Of a stretch of DNA of 64,000 nucleotides, positions 43,101 through 62,225 are shown piece after piece (positions within the stretch are counted from its first letter, which is position 1; every line of letters starts with the position of its first letter). Position numbers and translations under genes: made by a program. The notes below the pieces were generated by a model. The model saw only the letters and a list, made by a program, of their open reading frames with translations. It had not been told where the DNA came from and searched no databases. The DNA lies in assembly GCF_009914755.1 (NCBI RefSeq), contig NC_060927.1; one strand, written 5' to 3'. The DNA is from the human T2T-CHM13v2.0 reference genome, Homo sapiens.

Positions 43101-45618
43101 TTTCTGTGAATAACGTCATTCCTGGGATTAAATTTTACTTAATCACAGTGACTAATCTTTTGGATGTACTGTTGGATTCAGTATGCTAGTATTTTGTTGA
43201 ACATTTTTGCATCTTTTTTATTAGAAATATTGACCCGTAGTTTTTTTTCATTGTTTTTGTTTTTTCTTGTGTCCTTGTCTGGCTTTTGTATCAGAATAAT
43301 GCTGGCCTCATAGAATGCATTTGGAAGAATTACTTTTCCTTCAATTTTTTGGAACAGTTTGAGAAGAATTAGTGTTAATTCTTTAAAAGCTTGGCAGAAT
43401 TCAGTTACAAAGGCATCTGTTCCTAGGTTTTTCTTTTGGGGAGTTTTTAAAATTACCGATTTAATCTTATTTCTTGTTATTTGTCTGTTTAGGTTTTCTA
43501 TCTCTTCATGGTTCACTCTTGGTAGGTTGTGTGTGTCCAGGATTTTATCAGTTTCTTCTGTGTTTTCCCATTTGTTGGTGTAAGGTTGCTCTAATGATCC
43601 TTTGTATTTCTGTAGCATCAGTTTTAAAGTTTCCTTTTTTCTCTCTGATTTTATTTATTTGGCTCTTCTATTTTTCTTAGTTACTCTAGCTAAAGGTTTC
43701 TGGATTTTGTTTGTTTGTTTGTTTGTTTTTAAAAAAAACCTTTTTATTTCATTGATATTTTGCATTTATGTCTCAATTTTATTTATTTCTGATCTTTGTC
43801 TTTCCTTCTATGACTTTTTGTTTTTTCTTCCTTTTCTAGTTCCTTGGGGTGCCATGTTCAGTTGTTCATTTGAAATCATTTTACCTTTTTGATTTAGGCA
43901 TTTATTGCTATAAACTTCCTCCTTAGTACTGTTCTTAGTACTTCCTTTAGATTTTGGTATGTTATGTTTCCATTTTCATTTGCTTCAATTTTTAAAAAAT
44001 TTCCTTCTTAATTTCTTCATTGACACATTGGTCATTCAGAAGCATGTTGCTTAATTTCCATATATTTTTATAGTTTCTAAAGCTTATTTTATTGACTTCT
44101 AGTTTTATTCTACTGTGATCTGGAAAGATGCTTGATATGTTTCCAATTTTTAAAATTTGTTGAGACTTTCTTGTGACCTATCATGTGACATTTTGTCTTC
44201 TATCCTGAAGAATGTTCTACATGCTTATAAAAATAATGTGTATTTTGCATCTATCAGATAAAATGTCGTGTACATGTTGCTTAGGTCCATTCAGTCTAGA
44301 TTATAGTTTAACTCCAATGTTTCTTTGTTGATTTTCTGTCTGGTTGATCTGTCCATTGCTGAAAGTGGGATGTTGAAGTTCACAACTATGATTGCATTGC
44401 AGTCTATCTCTCCTTTTAGATATACTAATATTTGCTATACATATTTGGTTATTCTAGAATTGGGTGCATATATATTTACAATTATATAGTCTTGCTGAAT
44501 TGACTCCTTAATTATTTTATAATCACCTGCTTTCTCTCTTTTTATAGTTTTTGACTTAAAGTCTATTTTATCTGATGTAAGTATGGCCACTCTTACTCTC
44601 TTTTGGATTTGATTTGCATGGAATATCTTTTGCTATCTCTTCATTTTCAGTCTGTTTTTCTTACATGTTAGATGAGTCTCCTGTGAGCAGCTTAGAGATG
44701 GCTCTTAGCTTTTTATTCATTCAGCCACTCTTTTAATTGGATAACTTAATTCATTTTTATTCAAGGTTTTTATTGATGGGAATTGGCTTACTTCTGCCAC
44801 TTTAAAAATTTTTTACTGGTTGTTTTGTAGATCTGTCCTGCTTTCTTCTTCTCTTGCTTTCTTCCTTTGTGGTTTGATGTCTTTCTATAGGGGTGTGTTT
44901 TGGTTCTTTTTCTTTTTACTCTTTTGTGTATATTACAAGGTTATGCTTTGTGGTTACATTGAGGCTTACATAAAACATCTTATACCTATAATATGTTATA
45001 AAGGTATTAAAAGCTTAATTTTGATTGCATACATAAACTACCCACTTTTGCCCACTTTTCCGAAGTTTTATGTTTGTAATGTCATATTTTACATCTTTTA
45101 ATAATATGAATCTCTTAGGAGATTATTGTACCATTATTTTAATAGTTTTACCCTTCGACCTTTGTACTAGAGATATAATTGTTTGACTACTGCTCTTACA
45201 GTATTAGTGTTTAGGATTTGATGATGTATCAATTTTTACCAATGAGTTTGGTATTTTCATATGATTTTATGTAATTAATTAGTGCTTTCTTCCTACAGCC
45301 TGAAGAACTTACTTTAACGTTTTTATAATGTAGGTCTACTGGTGATAATCTCTCTCAACTTTTGTTCTTCTAAACATAAGTCCCTTCAGTTTTGAAAGAC
45401 AGAATTGCTGGGTATACTATTCTTGGTTGGAAGTTTCCTTTTTTCAGGATTTTGAATATATTAACCCACATTCTTCTGGTTTACAAGGTTTCTTCTGAGA
45501 AGTCTACTGATAATCTTACAGGGGGTTTCCCTCTACATGATGATTCGCTTTTCCCTTGATTCTTTCAACACTCTTTGTCTTTAATTTTTCACAATTTGAC
45601 GAAGATATGTCATGGTAA

Positions 45619-45919
<301 letters not shown>

Positions 45920-47365
45920 AAGGATCTCTTTTAGTTCATTTTATTTAGTGTCCCATGGGCTTGTTGAATTGTGCATTGTAATTCTTTCCTCTGAGTTGGA
46001 AAGTTGTCTACAATCACTTCTTTGAATTTGTTTAATGTCCCTTTTCCTATTTCTGGCATGCCAATTATTCATAAATTGTTCTGCTTGATAGTGTCCCATA
46101 AGTCTCATAAGCCATTTTCACTCCTTTTTATACTTTTTTTAAACTCCTCAAATTCGATGATTTCCAGTGGTCTGTCCTCACATTTAATGATCCTTTTTTT
46201 TCTGCTTGATCTAGCCTGTTGTTGAACTCCTCTATTAAATTGTTCAGTTTGTTTATAGCATTATTGAGATGTATGATTTCTATTTGGTATTTAAAAATAT
46301 TTATTATCTCCCATTTGAGATCTCAACTTGTTCTTGCAATGCTGTCTTGACCTCTGTAAGCATCTTTATGACAATTATTTTGAATTCCTTTTGAGTAAAT
46401 CACAAAACTCTGTTTTCCAGGTCAGTTTCAGAGAGTTATCTTTTTCTTTTTGAAATACATTCCCTTTTTTTATTTTACTCACTTCTTTGTGTTGGTTTCT
46501 ATATATTAGATAAGAAAACAATTTATCTCAATCTTGTTAAACTAGCATTATTTAGAAGAAGGTTTTTTACCAATCTTTCCTTCCAGAGATTTTAAGGTGC
46601 CTCTTTAATCTTTTTTCTTTTTCATTTCTTTCTTTTTTTTTTTTTGGCCTGGACTGTTATCTTTGTTTTTGGTGCCTACCTGGGGCTTAGAATATGTCCC
46701 ATCTTGTTCATACCCTAAAATGATATAAGAGGAGTCACATATTTTAGATGTACCTGGAAAGATTGGGAATGTTGGATGTGAGTTCCAGTAACTTCTATTT
46801 TCATAGTGAGGATGAATGAGGGCATTTTTTCCCTACTTTATCTGGACTAAGCCAGGGAAGAGGACCTGTGGCTAATGCTTGTATTCATATTCAGGCTACA
46901 CCTTCTGATTCTGAAAGGATAGATGCTGGAAGTGAGCTTGTTATATGTTCTTCTGTTTGTTTTCTGTGGTCTTGGGTCACTCAGGATTGCAATATTCCCT
47001 TGAAGTCTAGAAATACTTCATTAAGGAGACAGTTCCTTAGGTGAAACTATGGAAGTTGTGGTGCTTATTGCATGGCCAAACTCCTTTCAGAAAGACTGGA
47101 TATGCCTGGATTTGTCTCTTGGGTGAGCTGGGGAAGGTAGGTTTTATGAAGTGTCAAGCTCTGGCTCTGGCTACTGTAGTTAGATTGGTTATTTGTTTGA
47201 TTGTATTCCCTGTTAGCTCCTTGATGCAAGTTCGTTAGAGCGCAGGCCATCAATTAGCCACTGAGAATGTGTGTCATGAGCCACTTCCAGAAAGAACGTG
47301 AGAGCTTCATGTTCCTACCCCCTTTTCTGCATACTTCAAGAGGGTATAGGCCCTGGAAGTGTTTG

Positions 47366-48050
47366 GATGTCCATTTAAGACCACCTCTTTGTTCTGGGAT
47401 CAAGGGAGATTCACATATGCCTAGGCCAGAGCTACTAGGTTTAGAATGGAGTGTTTTAGGAGGCAGCTTTAACAACTGGGGCTTCTCATGTGTGTTCTGG
47501 ATCTCTTCTAGGGAGAAACAGGGAGTTATTTGTTGTTGCTGTTTTTTAGGCCTCTTCTTTGCCCTAATCCTAGGGGATGTAATACCTTAAAGAGCCTACA
47601 TGCTTGTACAAAAGCCATGGCCACATGGTCACTGCTTTTTTTTTTAACCTGTGGTTTAGAGAGACACATGTATATGCCAGCCCTTTCTGCTCCCAGAGTT
47701 AGGAGATGTCCATTTAAGACCACCTCTTTTTTCTGGGATCAAGGGAGATTCACATATGCCTAGTCCCTCTGTGCCCAGAGCAACTAGGTTTAGAATGGAA
47801 GTCGTTTAGGAGGCAACTTTAACAACTGGGCCTTCAGAGTGTGTTCTGGATCTCTTCTAGGGAGAAGCAGGGAGTTGTTTATTTGTTGTTGTTTTTAGGC
47901 CTCTTCTTTGCACCAATCCTAGGGGATGTAGTACCTTAAAGAGCACACACACTTGTACAAAGCGATGGTAACTGCTTTTTTTTTTTTTTTTCACCTGTGG
48001 TTTAGAGAGACACAGGAGTATGCCAGTCCTTTCTGCTCCCAGAGCTAGGA
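47366..48050. repeat. Direct tandem duplication, period 339 bp
   Basis: 'gatgtccatttaagaccacctcttt' at 47366 and 47705; both copies end 'ttctgctcccagag(t/c)taggagat'. Confidence 0.93.
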
Positions 48051-49764
48051 GATTTATGATTCAGTCAGTTAGGTAGATGTTAATAGAGTTGGGGTGTTTG
48101 GGGTGGTTGTAAACTTTTCTTTGGCTGGCCCCAGGTTAATAGTTGACTACCTCTTTTAACTACCTGATACAAGTTGGTTAGAAGTCAGGCTACCTGCAGC
48201 CACTGCAGGGGTATTTCACAAACCCCTTCTGGGGGAAACAAAGGGTTGTGTCTTTTATACATCCCTTCTCTGCACTACTCCATGGTGAATAAAGTCCCTG
48301 GAAGTCCTTGCATGTCCTTAAAAATAACACCACTTCGTTTCCTACAGTCTTGAGAGACATGAATGTGTCTACTCCCCTCTGCTCACACAGTTGGTGAGTT
48401 AAAAGTCAAACCATGGAGAAACTTGGGCTTTAGGCCCTATGTATGAGACCCAGACTCCCTTCACCACAGAGGGAAACTAGGTGTTGGAGAGTTATTTCCC
48501 AATTTTATGGTGCAGTGCCCAAGGTGGGGTCCACACAAGTGTGCCTTGGCTTCTCCTACCTACTCAATGTGCATGTTTGCTCAGTGGATCGATGGGTAGG
48601 ATTCCTTCAGTTGCTCTCTGATTTTCTCTCAGAGGGTGTTGATTTATGGATAGATGTTTATTTGGTGTATCTGTGTGTGGAGGGAGAGTCAGAAGCTTCC
48701 AATTTCCCAATGTTGGTGACATGACTATATTTTCTATGACTAGTGATAGAAAATATAATATACCATCCAAGGAATTGATTCGAAATTGAGGTTTTCAAAT
48801 TCCTTTATATGACTACAGAAAATTTTTTATTTATTCTTAAAATATTTTTTTTTGTTTTCTGATAATAAAGTTTTTATGTGCTCAGTCTACAGAGCTTAGA
48901 AATTATAGAAAAGTAAAAGAATATTAAAATATTTAAAAATAATGTGTCTTTCTTTTTTCTTTATGCATAAATAAACGTGGTGTGCTTTTTCTTGCAATGT
49001 TTCTTCATATATTCTAATATCAATAATATTCATTTACATAATTTTAGTAGCTGCATAATGATCTATCTCATAGATGAACATATACTTTTACATAATTATT
49101 TTCTTTCTGAAAATATGGAATATTTCCACAATTTTGCTATTCTAAAACACACACACACACGCACAAAGGAATAAAAAACCTCCACTTGGATAAATTTCCA
49201 TATGATGTTTCTATATCTGCACATATTATTTTCATAGCAAAGATTCCTTGAAGTAAAATTACTACATCAATGTGCATAAACCTTTTTGAAAGCTCTTGAT
49301 ATATATTGCTGAAATGCCCTCTAGGTCGCCTCTAGCAATTTACACTCTCATCGTTGGCTATTCTTAACTGGGCCTAGTGAGCTTTGATTATCATTACTGT
49401 TTCTAACCTGTGTCAATTTGATAGCTGAAAAATGAGATCTCATTGTATTTCCTATGTTTTTCCATTTCTCTGTCTACAAGTGGAAATAAGTTTTTTGTTA
49501 GTCATTTATATTCTTTTCTCCTTTAACTGACTTTCTAAACCTTTGCATATTATTGTTTTCATGATACTGATTTAACACAATATGTTTTTAACAGTGTATA
49601 TTCTAAAATATTTTTTTCTAAACTCGATTTTTTACTTTTGTACATATCTTTAAATTATTCTACAGATAAATTCTTTATTCATTTCATCTTTAAAATTTAT
49701 CCATGACATAATCATTTACTAGTTACTTGTATTTTTAAGTTCTTTTTAATATATTTTATAGTTA

Positions 49765-51963
<2,199 letters not shown>

Positions 51964-52003
51964 TTTATAGATTTATTTTGGTATGTTTTGCTAGATCAAA
52001 ATT

Positions 52004-54111
<2,108 letters not shown>

Positions 54112-54127
54112 AGATCTAAGTTGTTTG

Positions 54128-54597
54128 GGCCACACGTGTCCATATAGAAGACCACCTAAACAGGCTTTGTATAAGCAACAAGGCTGTCTATTCACTTGGG
54201 TGCAAGTGGGCTGAGTCCGAAAAGAGAATCAGTGAAGAGAGACAGGAGAGGGGCAGCTTTATAGGACTTGGGTAGGCAGTGGAAAGTTACAGTTGAAGGT
54301 GGTTATCTTTTGTCAGCAGGGGAGGGGGTCACCAGGTGCATGGTGGGGAGATCAAGAGATCCATTGTCCAGGAGAAGAATGTCATAAGGTCGATTGGTCA
54401 GTTAAGGTAGGGCAGGAACAAGTCATAATGGTGGAATGTCATAAGGTTGGTTAATCAGTTACGGCAGAAACTGGCTGTTTCACGTCGTTTTTGGTTCTTC
54501 AGCTGCTCCAAATTTCTTGGCTCCTGCAGGCCATCTGGATGTATACGTGCAGGTCACAGGGGTTACAATGGCGTAGTTCTGGCTCAGAGGCCTGACT
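54128..54597 (-). mobile_element. Solo HERV-H LTR (LTR7C-like)
   Basis: Shares 'caggctttgt', 'gggctgagtccgaaaagaga', 'tacgtgcaggtcacagggg', 'ggctcagaggcctgac' with the proviral LTRs but has a different U3; perfect 5-bp TSD gtttg 54123-54127 / 54598-54602. Confidence 0.9.
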
Positions 54598-55935
54598 GTT
54601 TGTTTGTTTGTGTGTGTTGTATCTTCCAAAGTTTTTGGAAAGAGAGGATATGTAAAAGGATATATAGATTTATATATAAATCTATAAACTGATAGCTATA
54701 TTATATATGCTTTAATAAATTAGCACTTTCCTTTACCACCATCTCAAGATATTTGCAACAATCTGAGTGTAGCCTCTCTCTTATATATAGAAACTATACT
54801 ATGCACAAGTGCATAAAAATTACCGTATAACTATATACATATCTGTCTGATGATCAGAATTTACAGGACAGTGTGTGTTCTAGCCTTTATTAGAATATCT
54901 CCATTCCTTAGCTGTGTTGTTTTGTAATGCTTTTTGTATCATATCACATATATATTATGCATTATATTCTTATATAGTCTCTGGTCTATATCAGAACTAC
55001 TTATGTTAGCTCACTGATCTGCTATAACTATAAATCATTCATTTATTTGCTATACTTTTTAAAATGATACATTTTAGAATAATGTGACTGTGCGAGTGTT
55101 TTATTTCCCCTTTTCAAAATGGTTTATCTGATTTCTTCCAAGTAACTTAAAATTATTTTGTCAAAATCCAAATAACTTTTTGTTGGTGTCTTTAATACGA
55201 TGGCAGCCAATGCAAAATTATTTTAAGCATAAGTAAAATCTTTTTAAAAATTCAGTGTTTCCATCCAGGAAAATGCTGTTTCTTTATTTAAATTTTCATA
55301 GCTCATAGAAATGTTGTGGCTTTGTTTATGTAAATTCCAGTTATCATTCCCCATTAAAATAGGTTATTTCTATAATATATATATAATATACTTGGTTTTT
55401 ATTTTAGGAAATTTCAATACATTGCAAGTTCTAATGGGACTTTAGTGATATATAGGAAGCCAGGTACCTTCTTAATTAGGTATTTTACTAGGCTTTGTTG
55501 TTAATTCTATTATAGTTAATCATCTGGAAGCTTTAAAAAACAAATATGATGACATCATTGTAATAATTTTGTATTATTCTTTCCACTAGGTTTAACTCAT
55601 TACTTGTTCTCTTTTCTTCTAGTTTTACTTAGACTATAACTTTCAAAAAATGTTAAATACTAATGCCACTAGCAAATTTATAAAATTATTTCTAAACTGG
55701 AGAAAATTTCATTACAGCTGTGTTTTCCAAAGTGTTATCTTTGAAGTATTAGTCTTTCCAGGTGCTCTGCAAGAAAATATTTTGTGTTTAAAAAAAAAAT
55801 TTGTGAAAGTTTTCATTACAGTGTTATAATGTATTTTTGCATGGTAAAGATCTAAGAAATTCTATAGCAGTAAAAAAAATTTAATTGTGTTTTACTTCAT
55901 GTTCTTCTAACAGTTTTTTCATAGTATTTTAATTA

Positions 55936-56244
<309 letters not shown>

Positions 56245-56954
56245 TCATTAGGATTCATTTTTTTCTTGAACAAAATTATCTATCAGTTAATATCAAGGAT
56301 AGGATTGGAGATGGGAAAAACTGTTCTTCTCTGGGGGCAGACAATAAGGAATGCATTGTCTGAAAAAATTTAAAAGTGGTAATATAGGCAAACTAAAGAA
56401 CAGTTTTATTATTGCTATACATCTATAATTCTCACCCCAAAAATCTCTGGTTGATCTGAGTTCTAAATTTAGATAATTGTTTTTGTTTCTGTTGAGTCTG
56501 TGTGATATGTGTATGAGCTTCCATTTTGACCATTTTTTAAAATTATCCTTTAATAAGTATTATATTCTACATGGAAGTTAGTTTGAGATATTCCCATTTA
56601 GATAGTGACTCCCAAGATATACAGAATCAACTACATGTGTTAATTTGGAGAGTTAGTTGGTAAAGGATAGAATTGTCATACAAAATTTGGGCAAAGTTTC
56701 TATCACTGTGGGACTATGTAGTCCTTCACTGGAACCACGTATTTGAAGTAAACAATCATAGCATAGTGGTAGCAAAGACAAAGAAACAGAAGGTGTGTTA
56801 CTTTGATTCTATAATTCAGTATGTACCCTTTGAGATTTTGTGTTTAGGAGTATAATATTTCTGTTGGCTAGATGCAGATTTTGGTTCCTACATAAAAAAT
56901 TTTGCTACAATAGAATGATATATTTAAGTTGGCATTTTTAGTTTTTCCTATTTG

Positions 56955-57148
56955 GGCAGCAGAGCTGGCCTTTGTTCTCCTGAATCAGTCATTGGCTCAG
57001 GCTGGGAGTGAGGCATCCCATTAGGAGAAGATAATTCTTCACAGGAGAAGCCCTCTGTGAGCAGTTAGCAACTAACCCTCACAGCAGCTGGTGGTGGTTC
57101 ACTGGCCTGGTAAGGACTCTGAGTGTGGAACCAATAGAATGCACTGCA
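56955..57148. mobile_element. LTR33/LTR16-like ERVL fragment
   Basis: 'gcagttagcaactaaccctcacagcagctgg...ggcctggtaaggactctgagtgtggaacc'. Confidence 0.4.
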
Positions 57149-57442
57149 GCATGAAACTTTTATTCTGTCAAAGAGTTCTTCAGTTTCTTTTTCAAAAAGA
57201 CACCTGAGGTAGGCATAAAAAAAATTTCCTTTCTCCTTAAAAAAAAATTAATTGCCCAGAATCTGGGAATTTTATCTAATATGATTAAGAAAACAGTCTT
57301 TGCAGATGTGATTAAGAATATTCGGATGGGGAGATTAGCCTGGATGTTGCAAGTGGATCCACAGTGCAATCTCATGTATACTTATAAAAAGGAGGTTGAA
57401 GGAGATTTTACACAAAAGACACAGAAAAGGTGATATGATTAC

Positions 57443-57848
57443 TTTCATTAGCATCCGTGTGAAGAGACCACCAAACAGGCTTTGTGTGAGCAACATGGCT
57501 GTTTATTTTACCTGGGTGCAGGCGGGCTGAGTCCGAAAAGAGAGTCAGCAAAGGGAGATAGGGGTGGGGCTGTTTTATAGGATTTGGGTAAGTAAAGGCA
57601 AAAGGGGGGTTGTTCTCTGGCGGGCAGGAGTGGGGGGGTCACAACGTGCTCAGTAGGGGAGCTTTTGAGCCAGGATGAGCCAGGAGAAGGAATTTCACAA
57701 GACAATGTCATCAGTTAAGGTAGGAACAGGCCATTTTCACTTCTTTTGTGGTGGAATGTCACCAGTTAAGGCAGGAACCAGATATCTGCATGTGTACGTG
57801 CAGGTCACAGGGGATATTATGGCTTAGCTTGGGCTCAGAGGCCTGACA
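57443..57848 (-). mobile_element. HERV-H 3' LTR (LTR7)
   Basis: Reverse complement begins TGTCAGGCCTCTGAGCCCAAGCTAAGCC; AATAAA at 57502-57507; TATAAAA at 57573-57579. Confidence 0.97.
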
Positions 57849-57861
57849 TTCCTGTCTTCTT
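57849..57861 (-). other. Polypurine tract
   Basis: AAGAAGACAGGAA immediately precedes the 3' LTR on the minus strand. Confidence 0.85.
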
Positions 57862-58292
57862 ATATTAATAAGAAAAATAAAACGAAATAGTGGTAAAGTG
57901 TTGGGACGGTGAAAATTTGGGGGATGGTATGGAGAGATAATGGGCGATGTTTCTCAGGGCTGCTTCGAGTGGGATTAGGGGTGGCATGGGAACCTAGAGT
58001 GGGAGAGATTAAGCTGAAGGAAGATTTTGTGGTAAGGGGTGATATTGTGGGGTTGTTAGAAGAAACATTTGTCGTGTAGAATTATTGGTGATGACCTGGA
58101 TACGGTTTTGTATGGATTGAAAAACTAAATGGAATAAGAGAAGGAGAAATACAGGTATTAAAAGACTAAGAATTGGGAGGACCCAGGACATCTAATTAGA
58201 GAGTGCCTAAGGAAATTCAGCATAGTCCTGCCAGAAAAGATTATTTATTTTCTTTAAGAGTTAAGAGTGGCCGTTTGGGGATAGCACCAATA

Positions 58293-60345
58293 TCAGCTGT
58301 TATGGCTTGGAGAAACAGTGTAAACCGGCAGTGTAAACAAGAGCAGGGCATGTATGAGTAGTTGAGAACGGTGAATAGGAGTATGACTAGACAGAAAATA
58401 GTAGGGATGACAAGTTTTTTGGGGCACAGTCCAAGTTGGTCTGGTGTCTGGAATGAGACTGGGGCTTAATAAAAAGGAGCGTCTATACAGGAGCTCAAAT
58501 GGGCTGTACCTTGCAGCATTCTGAGGACAGGCCTGCATTCTGAGAAGGGAAAGTGGTAAAAGTATTGTCTAGTCTTTTTTAAGTTGGTGGCTGAGCTTGG
58601 TGAGGTGTGTTTTTAAAAGACCATTAGTCTGTTCTACCTTTCCTGAAGACTGAGGACTGTAAGGGATATAAAGGTTTCACTGAATACTAAGAGCCTGAAA
58701 AAATGCTTGGCTGATTTGACTAATAAAGGCCAGTCTGCTATCAGACTGTATAGAGGTGGGAAGTCCAAACTGAGGAATTATGTCTGACAGAAAGGAAGAA
58801 ATGACAGTGGTGGCCTTCTCAGACCCTGTAGGAAAGGCCTCTATCTATCCAGTGAAAGTGTCTACCTAGACTAAGAGGTATTTTAGTTTCCTGACTCAGG
58901 GCATGTTGAGTAAAGCCAATTTGCCAGTCCTGGGCAGGGGCAAATCCCCGAGCTTGATGTGTAGGGAAGGGAGGGGGCCTGAATAATCCTTGAGCAGTAG
59001 TAGAATAGCAGATGGAACACTGAGAAGTTATTTCCTTGAGGATAGATTTCCACGAAGGAAAGGAAATGAGAGGTTTTAAGAGGCAGGCTAGTGGCTTGTA
59101 CTATAGCATAGCCTGCCTTTGCTGGTGTGTGGTGATTAGGCCTGGTGGAACCGCCATCAATAAATCAAGCGTCATCAGGGTGAGGAACAGGAAAGAAAGA
59201 CATATAGGGAAATGGGGTGAACATCAGGTGGATCAGAGAGATGCAGTCATGAGGGTCAGGTGTGGTATCCGGAATAATGTGGGAGGCCTGATTGAAGTCC
59301 CGGCCAGGAACAATGGTAATTGTGGAGGACTCAACAAAGAGTGAGTATAGCTGAAGGAGCTGGGGAGCAGAAAGTATATGCATCAGGTGTGAGGAAGAAA
59401 CTAGATTTTGGAAATTATGAGAGCTGTAGAGAGTGAGTTGAGCATAGTTTTTGATTTTAAGGGCCTCTAAAAGTATTAGGGTGGCAGCAGCTGCTGCACG
59501 GAGACACAATGGCCACCCTAAAACAGCAAGGTCAAGTTGTTTGGACAAAAAGGCTACAGGACGCGATCCTGTTCCTTTTGTAAAAATTTCGACTGCACAA
59601 CCCTGCACTTCGGCTGTGTGTAATGAAAAGGGTTGGGATGAGTCAGGGAGAGCTAGGGTGGGGGCAGTCTTTAAAGCCATCTTCAAGGAATGGAAAGAGG
59701 AGTGGGGAAAGGATTTAGGATCTATGGGGTCAGCTAGGTTTCCTTTTGTGAGTTTATATAATGGGTTTGTTAGGATGGCAAAACCAGGTATCTAAAGGTA
59801 AAAGTATCCAACCATGCCCAGGAAGGAAAGGAGTTGTTGTTTTGTAGAAGGGGTTGGGGTTTGAGAGATTAGTCGGAGATGATCGGCAGGGAGAGCACGT
59901 GTGTTTTTATGAGAATTATGCTGAGACAGGTAACAGATGAGGAAGAAATTTGGGCTTGACTGAAGTAATGGGAGCTGTCTGTGAAGCCTTGTGGCAGGAC
60001 AGCCTAGGTAATTTGCTGAGCCTGATGGGTGTCAGGGTCAGTCCAAGTGAAAGCAAAGAGAGGCTGGGATGAAGGGTGTAAAGGAATAGTAAAGAAAGCA
60101 TGTTTGAGATCCAGAACACAATAATGGATTGTGGAGAGAGGTATTGAGGATAGGAGAGTATATGGGTTTGGCACCATGGGGTGGATAGGCAAAACAATTT
60201 GGTTAATAAGGCATAGATCCTGAACTAACTTGTAAGGCTTGTCTGGTTTTAGGACAGGTAAAATGGGGGAATTGTAAGGAGAGTTTATAGGCTTTAAAAG
60301 GCCATGCTGTAGCAGGCGAGTGATAACAGGCTTTAATCCTTTCAA
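58293..60345 (-). pseudogene. pol: HERV-H pol remnants (RT N-part, tether, integrase fragment)
   Basis: 'SPYNSPILPVLKPDKPYKLVQDL', 'VLDLKHAFFTIPLHP', 'APTLALPDSSQPFSLH', 'VAFLSKQLD', 'SPFELLY'; no YxDD seen; stops and frameshifts. Confidence 0.9.
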
Positions 60346-60622
60346 AGCATGCTGTGGGATGGGATATTGGCATTGAGCAGGGTAAGGTGATTAGGTTTTA
60401 ATGAGATGGTAAGGGGTGCATGATCGGTAGCCAAGGAGGGAGTAGAGGTATCTTATACTTGTGGGTTAAGGTAGGGGGATACAAGAGGAGGATGCAAAGG
60501 AGGCTTTGGATTGGGAAGAAGGTCGGTAATGAGATGTAGCTGTAGTCCAGGAATAGTCAGGGAAGCAGATAATTTAGTTAAAGTGTCTCGGCCTAATAAG
60601 GGAACTGGCCAGGTGGGGATAA

Positions 60623-60811
60623 CTAAAAGGATTGCTTAAAAGAGTATCGTCTAAGTTGGCACCAGAGATGGGGAGTTTTAAGAGGTTTAGAAGCCTGGCT
60701 GTCAATACCCACAACAGTTATGGAGGCAAGGGAAACAGGTCCTTGAAAAGAAGGTAATGTGGAGTGGGTAGCCTCCGTATTGATTAAGAGGGGGACGGAC
60801 TTACCCTCCAC
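60623..60811 (-). pseudogene. pro: HERV-H protease remnant
   Basis: 'EGKSVPLLINTEATHSTLP' with NTE in place of the catalytic DTG; premature stop. Confidence 0.85.
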
Positions 60812-60876
60812 TATGAGAGTTACCTAGAGCATCTGTGATGGTCCTGTAGGCTTCTGAGGCAATCGATCGGGCAGTG

Positions 60877-62110
60877 TCAGTCTTCAGCTGCTAAGCCGTG
60901 AAGATCTGGGAAGGAGTCAGTCAGAGAACCTTGGGCCAGCATTCCAGGGGCTCTGGGAGTGGCTGCCAGGTGAGTTGAACAGTCCGATTTCCAGTGGGGT
61001 CCCACACAGATGGGACGCAGCTTAGGAGGAATCCCAGGCTGCGGGCATTCATTGGCTTGTGGCCAGATTTCTGACACTTGTAGCAAGCTCCTGGGGGAGT
61101 CGGTTCTGGGGAAATGCCTGGCCACTGCGGTTTAGGCGTTTGGAAGTTCTTGTGTCCTGGAGATGTGGCTGGGGTTTGTCTCACAGTGGAGGCAAGGAAT
61201 TGCGACTCAGAAATATGTTGCTACTTGGCTGCCTCTACTCTATTATTGTACACCTTGAAGGTGAGGTTAATTAAGTGCTGTTGTGGGGTTTGAGGGCCGG
61301 AATTTAATTTTTGGAGTTTTATTTAATGTCGGGAGCGGATTGGGTAATAAAATGTATATTGAGAATAAGACGGCCTTTTGACCTTTTAGGGTCCAGGGCT
61401 GTAAAGCATCTCAGGGTTGCTGCCAAACAAGCCATGAACTGGGCTGGGTTTTTATATTTGATGAAGAAGAGCCTAAACGCTATCTGATTTGGGATAAAGA
61501 AAAAGGAGCATTAACCTTGACTATGCCTTTAGCTCCAGCCACCTTTTTAAGAGTAAATTGCTGGGCAGGTGGGGGAGGACTAGTTGCGGAACGAAACTGT
61601 AAGCGGACCGGGTGTGAGGAGGGGAGAGGATAAAAGGATTATAGGGTGGAGGAACAGAGGCTGAGGAAGAATTGAGACCTAGCTCGGCCTGGCAAGGAGG
61701 GGAGAGGTCAGATGGGTCTGTAGAAAAGGAAGATTAGAAAGATTCAGTGACACTTGGGTTTGGAACTGAGGGGACAGGTGGGAGGGAAAGAAGGAAGATT
61801 TGGGATGAGTTGCACTGGAAACAGAGACTAGAGAGGGACCGATGTGTAAAAGAATGCCTGGACGTCAGGCACCTCTGACCGTTAGCCTATTTTACGTCAA
61901 GAATTATTTAGATCTTGTAGAATGGAAAAATTGGAAGTGCCGTTTTCCGGCTATTTGGAACTACTGTTGTTTGTATTGGGGTCAAGCGGCATTGCAGAAG
62001 AAAATAAGATGCTTAGATTTTAGGTCAGGTGAGAGTTGAAGAGGTTTTAAGTTCTTAAGAACACAGGCTAAGGGAGAAGAAGGAGGAATGGAAGGTGGAA
62101 GCTTGCCCAT
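60877..62110 (-). pseudogene. gag: HERV-H gag remnant
   Basis: ATGGGCAAG at 62110; zinc knuckles 'CYKCQKSGH' and 'RPICVGPHWKSDC' in different frames. Confidence 0.85.
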
Positions 62111-62207
62111 AGTGAAGGAGGCAAGCACAGAGAAAAGAGAGGTGGATCTTTCTCATGGAGCAAAGAGCAAGAGGAGAGGGGATTGATCTCTCAAGGGATG
62201 TCCCCCC

Positions 62208-62225
62208 ATCCAAGTCACGGCACCA
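62208..62225 (-). other. Primer-binding site, tRNA-His
   Basis: TGGTGCCGTGACTTGGAT, 17/18 complementary to the tRNA-His 3' end, 2 nt from the 5' LTR. Confidence 0.93.

Noticed and set aside
59165-60345. Functional retroviral RT/pol
   Set aside because: Fragmented, no YxDD motif seen, protease DTG lost, env essentially absent
62208-62225. tRNA-His gene fragment
   Set aside because: It is the 18-nt retroviral primer-binding site; no cloverleaf
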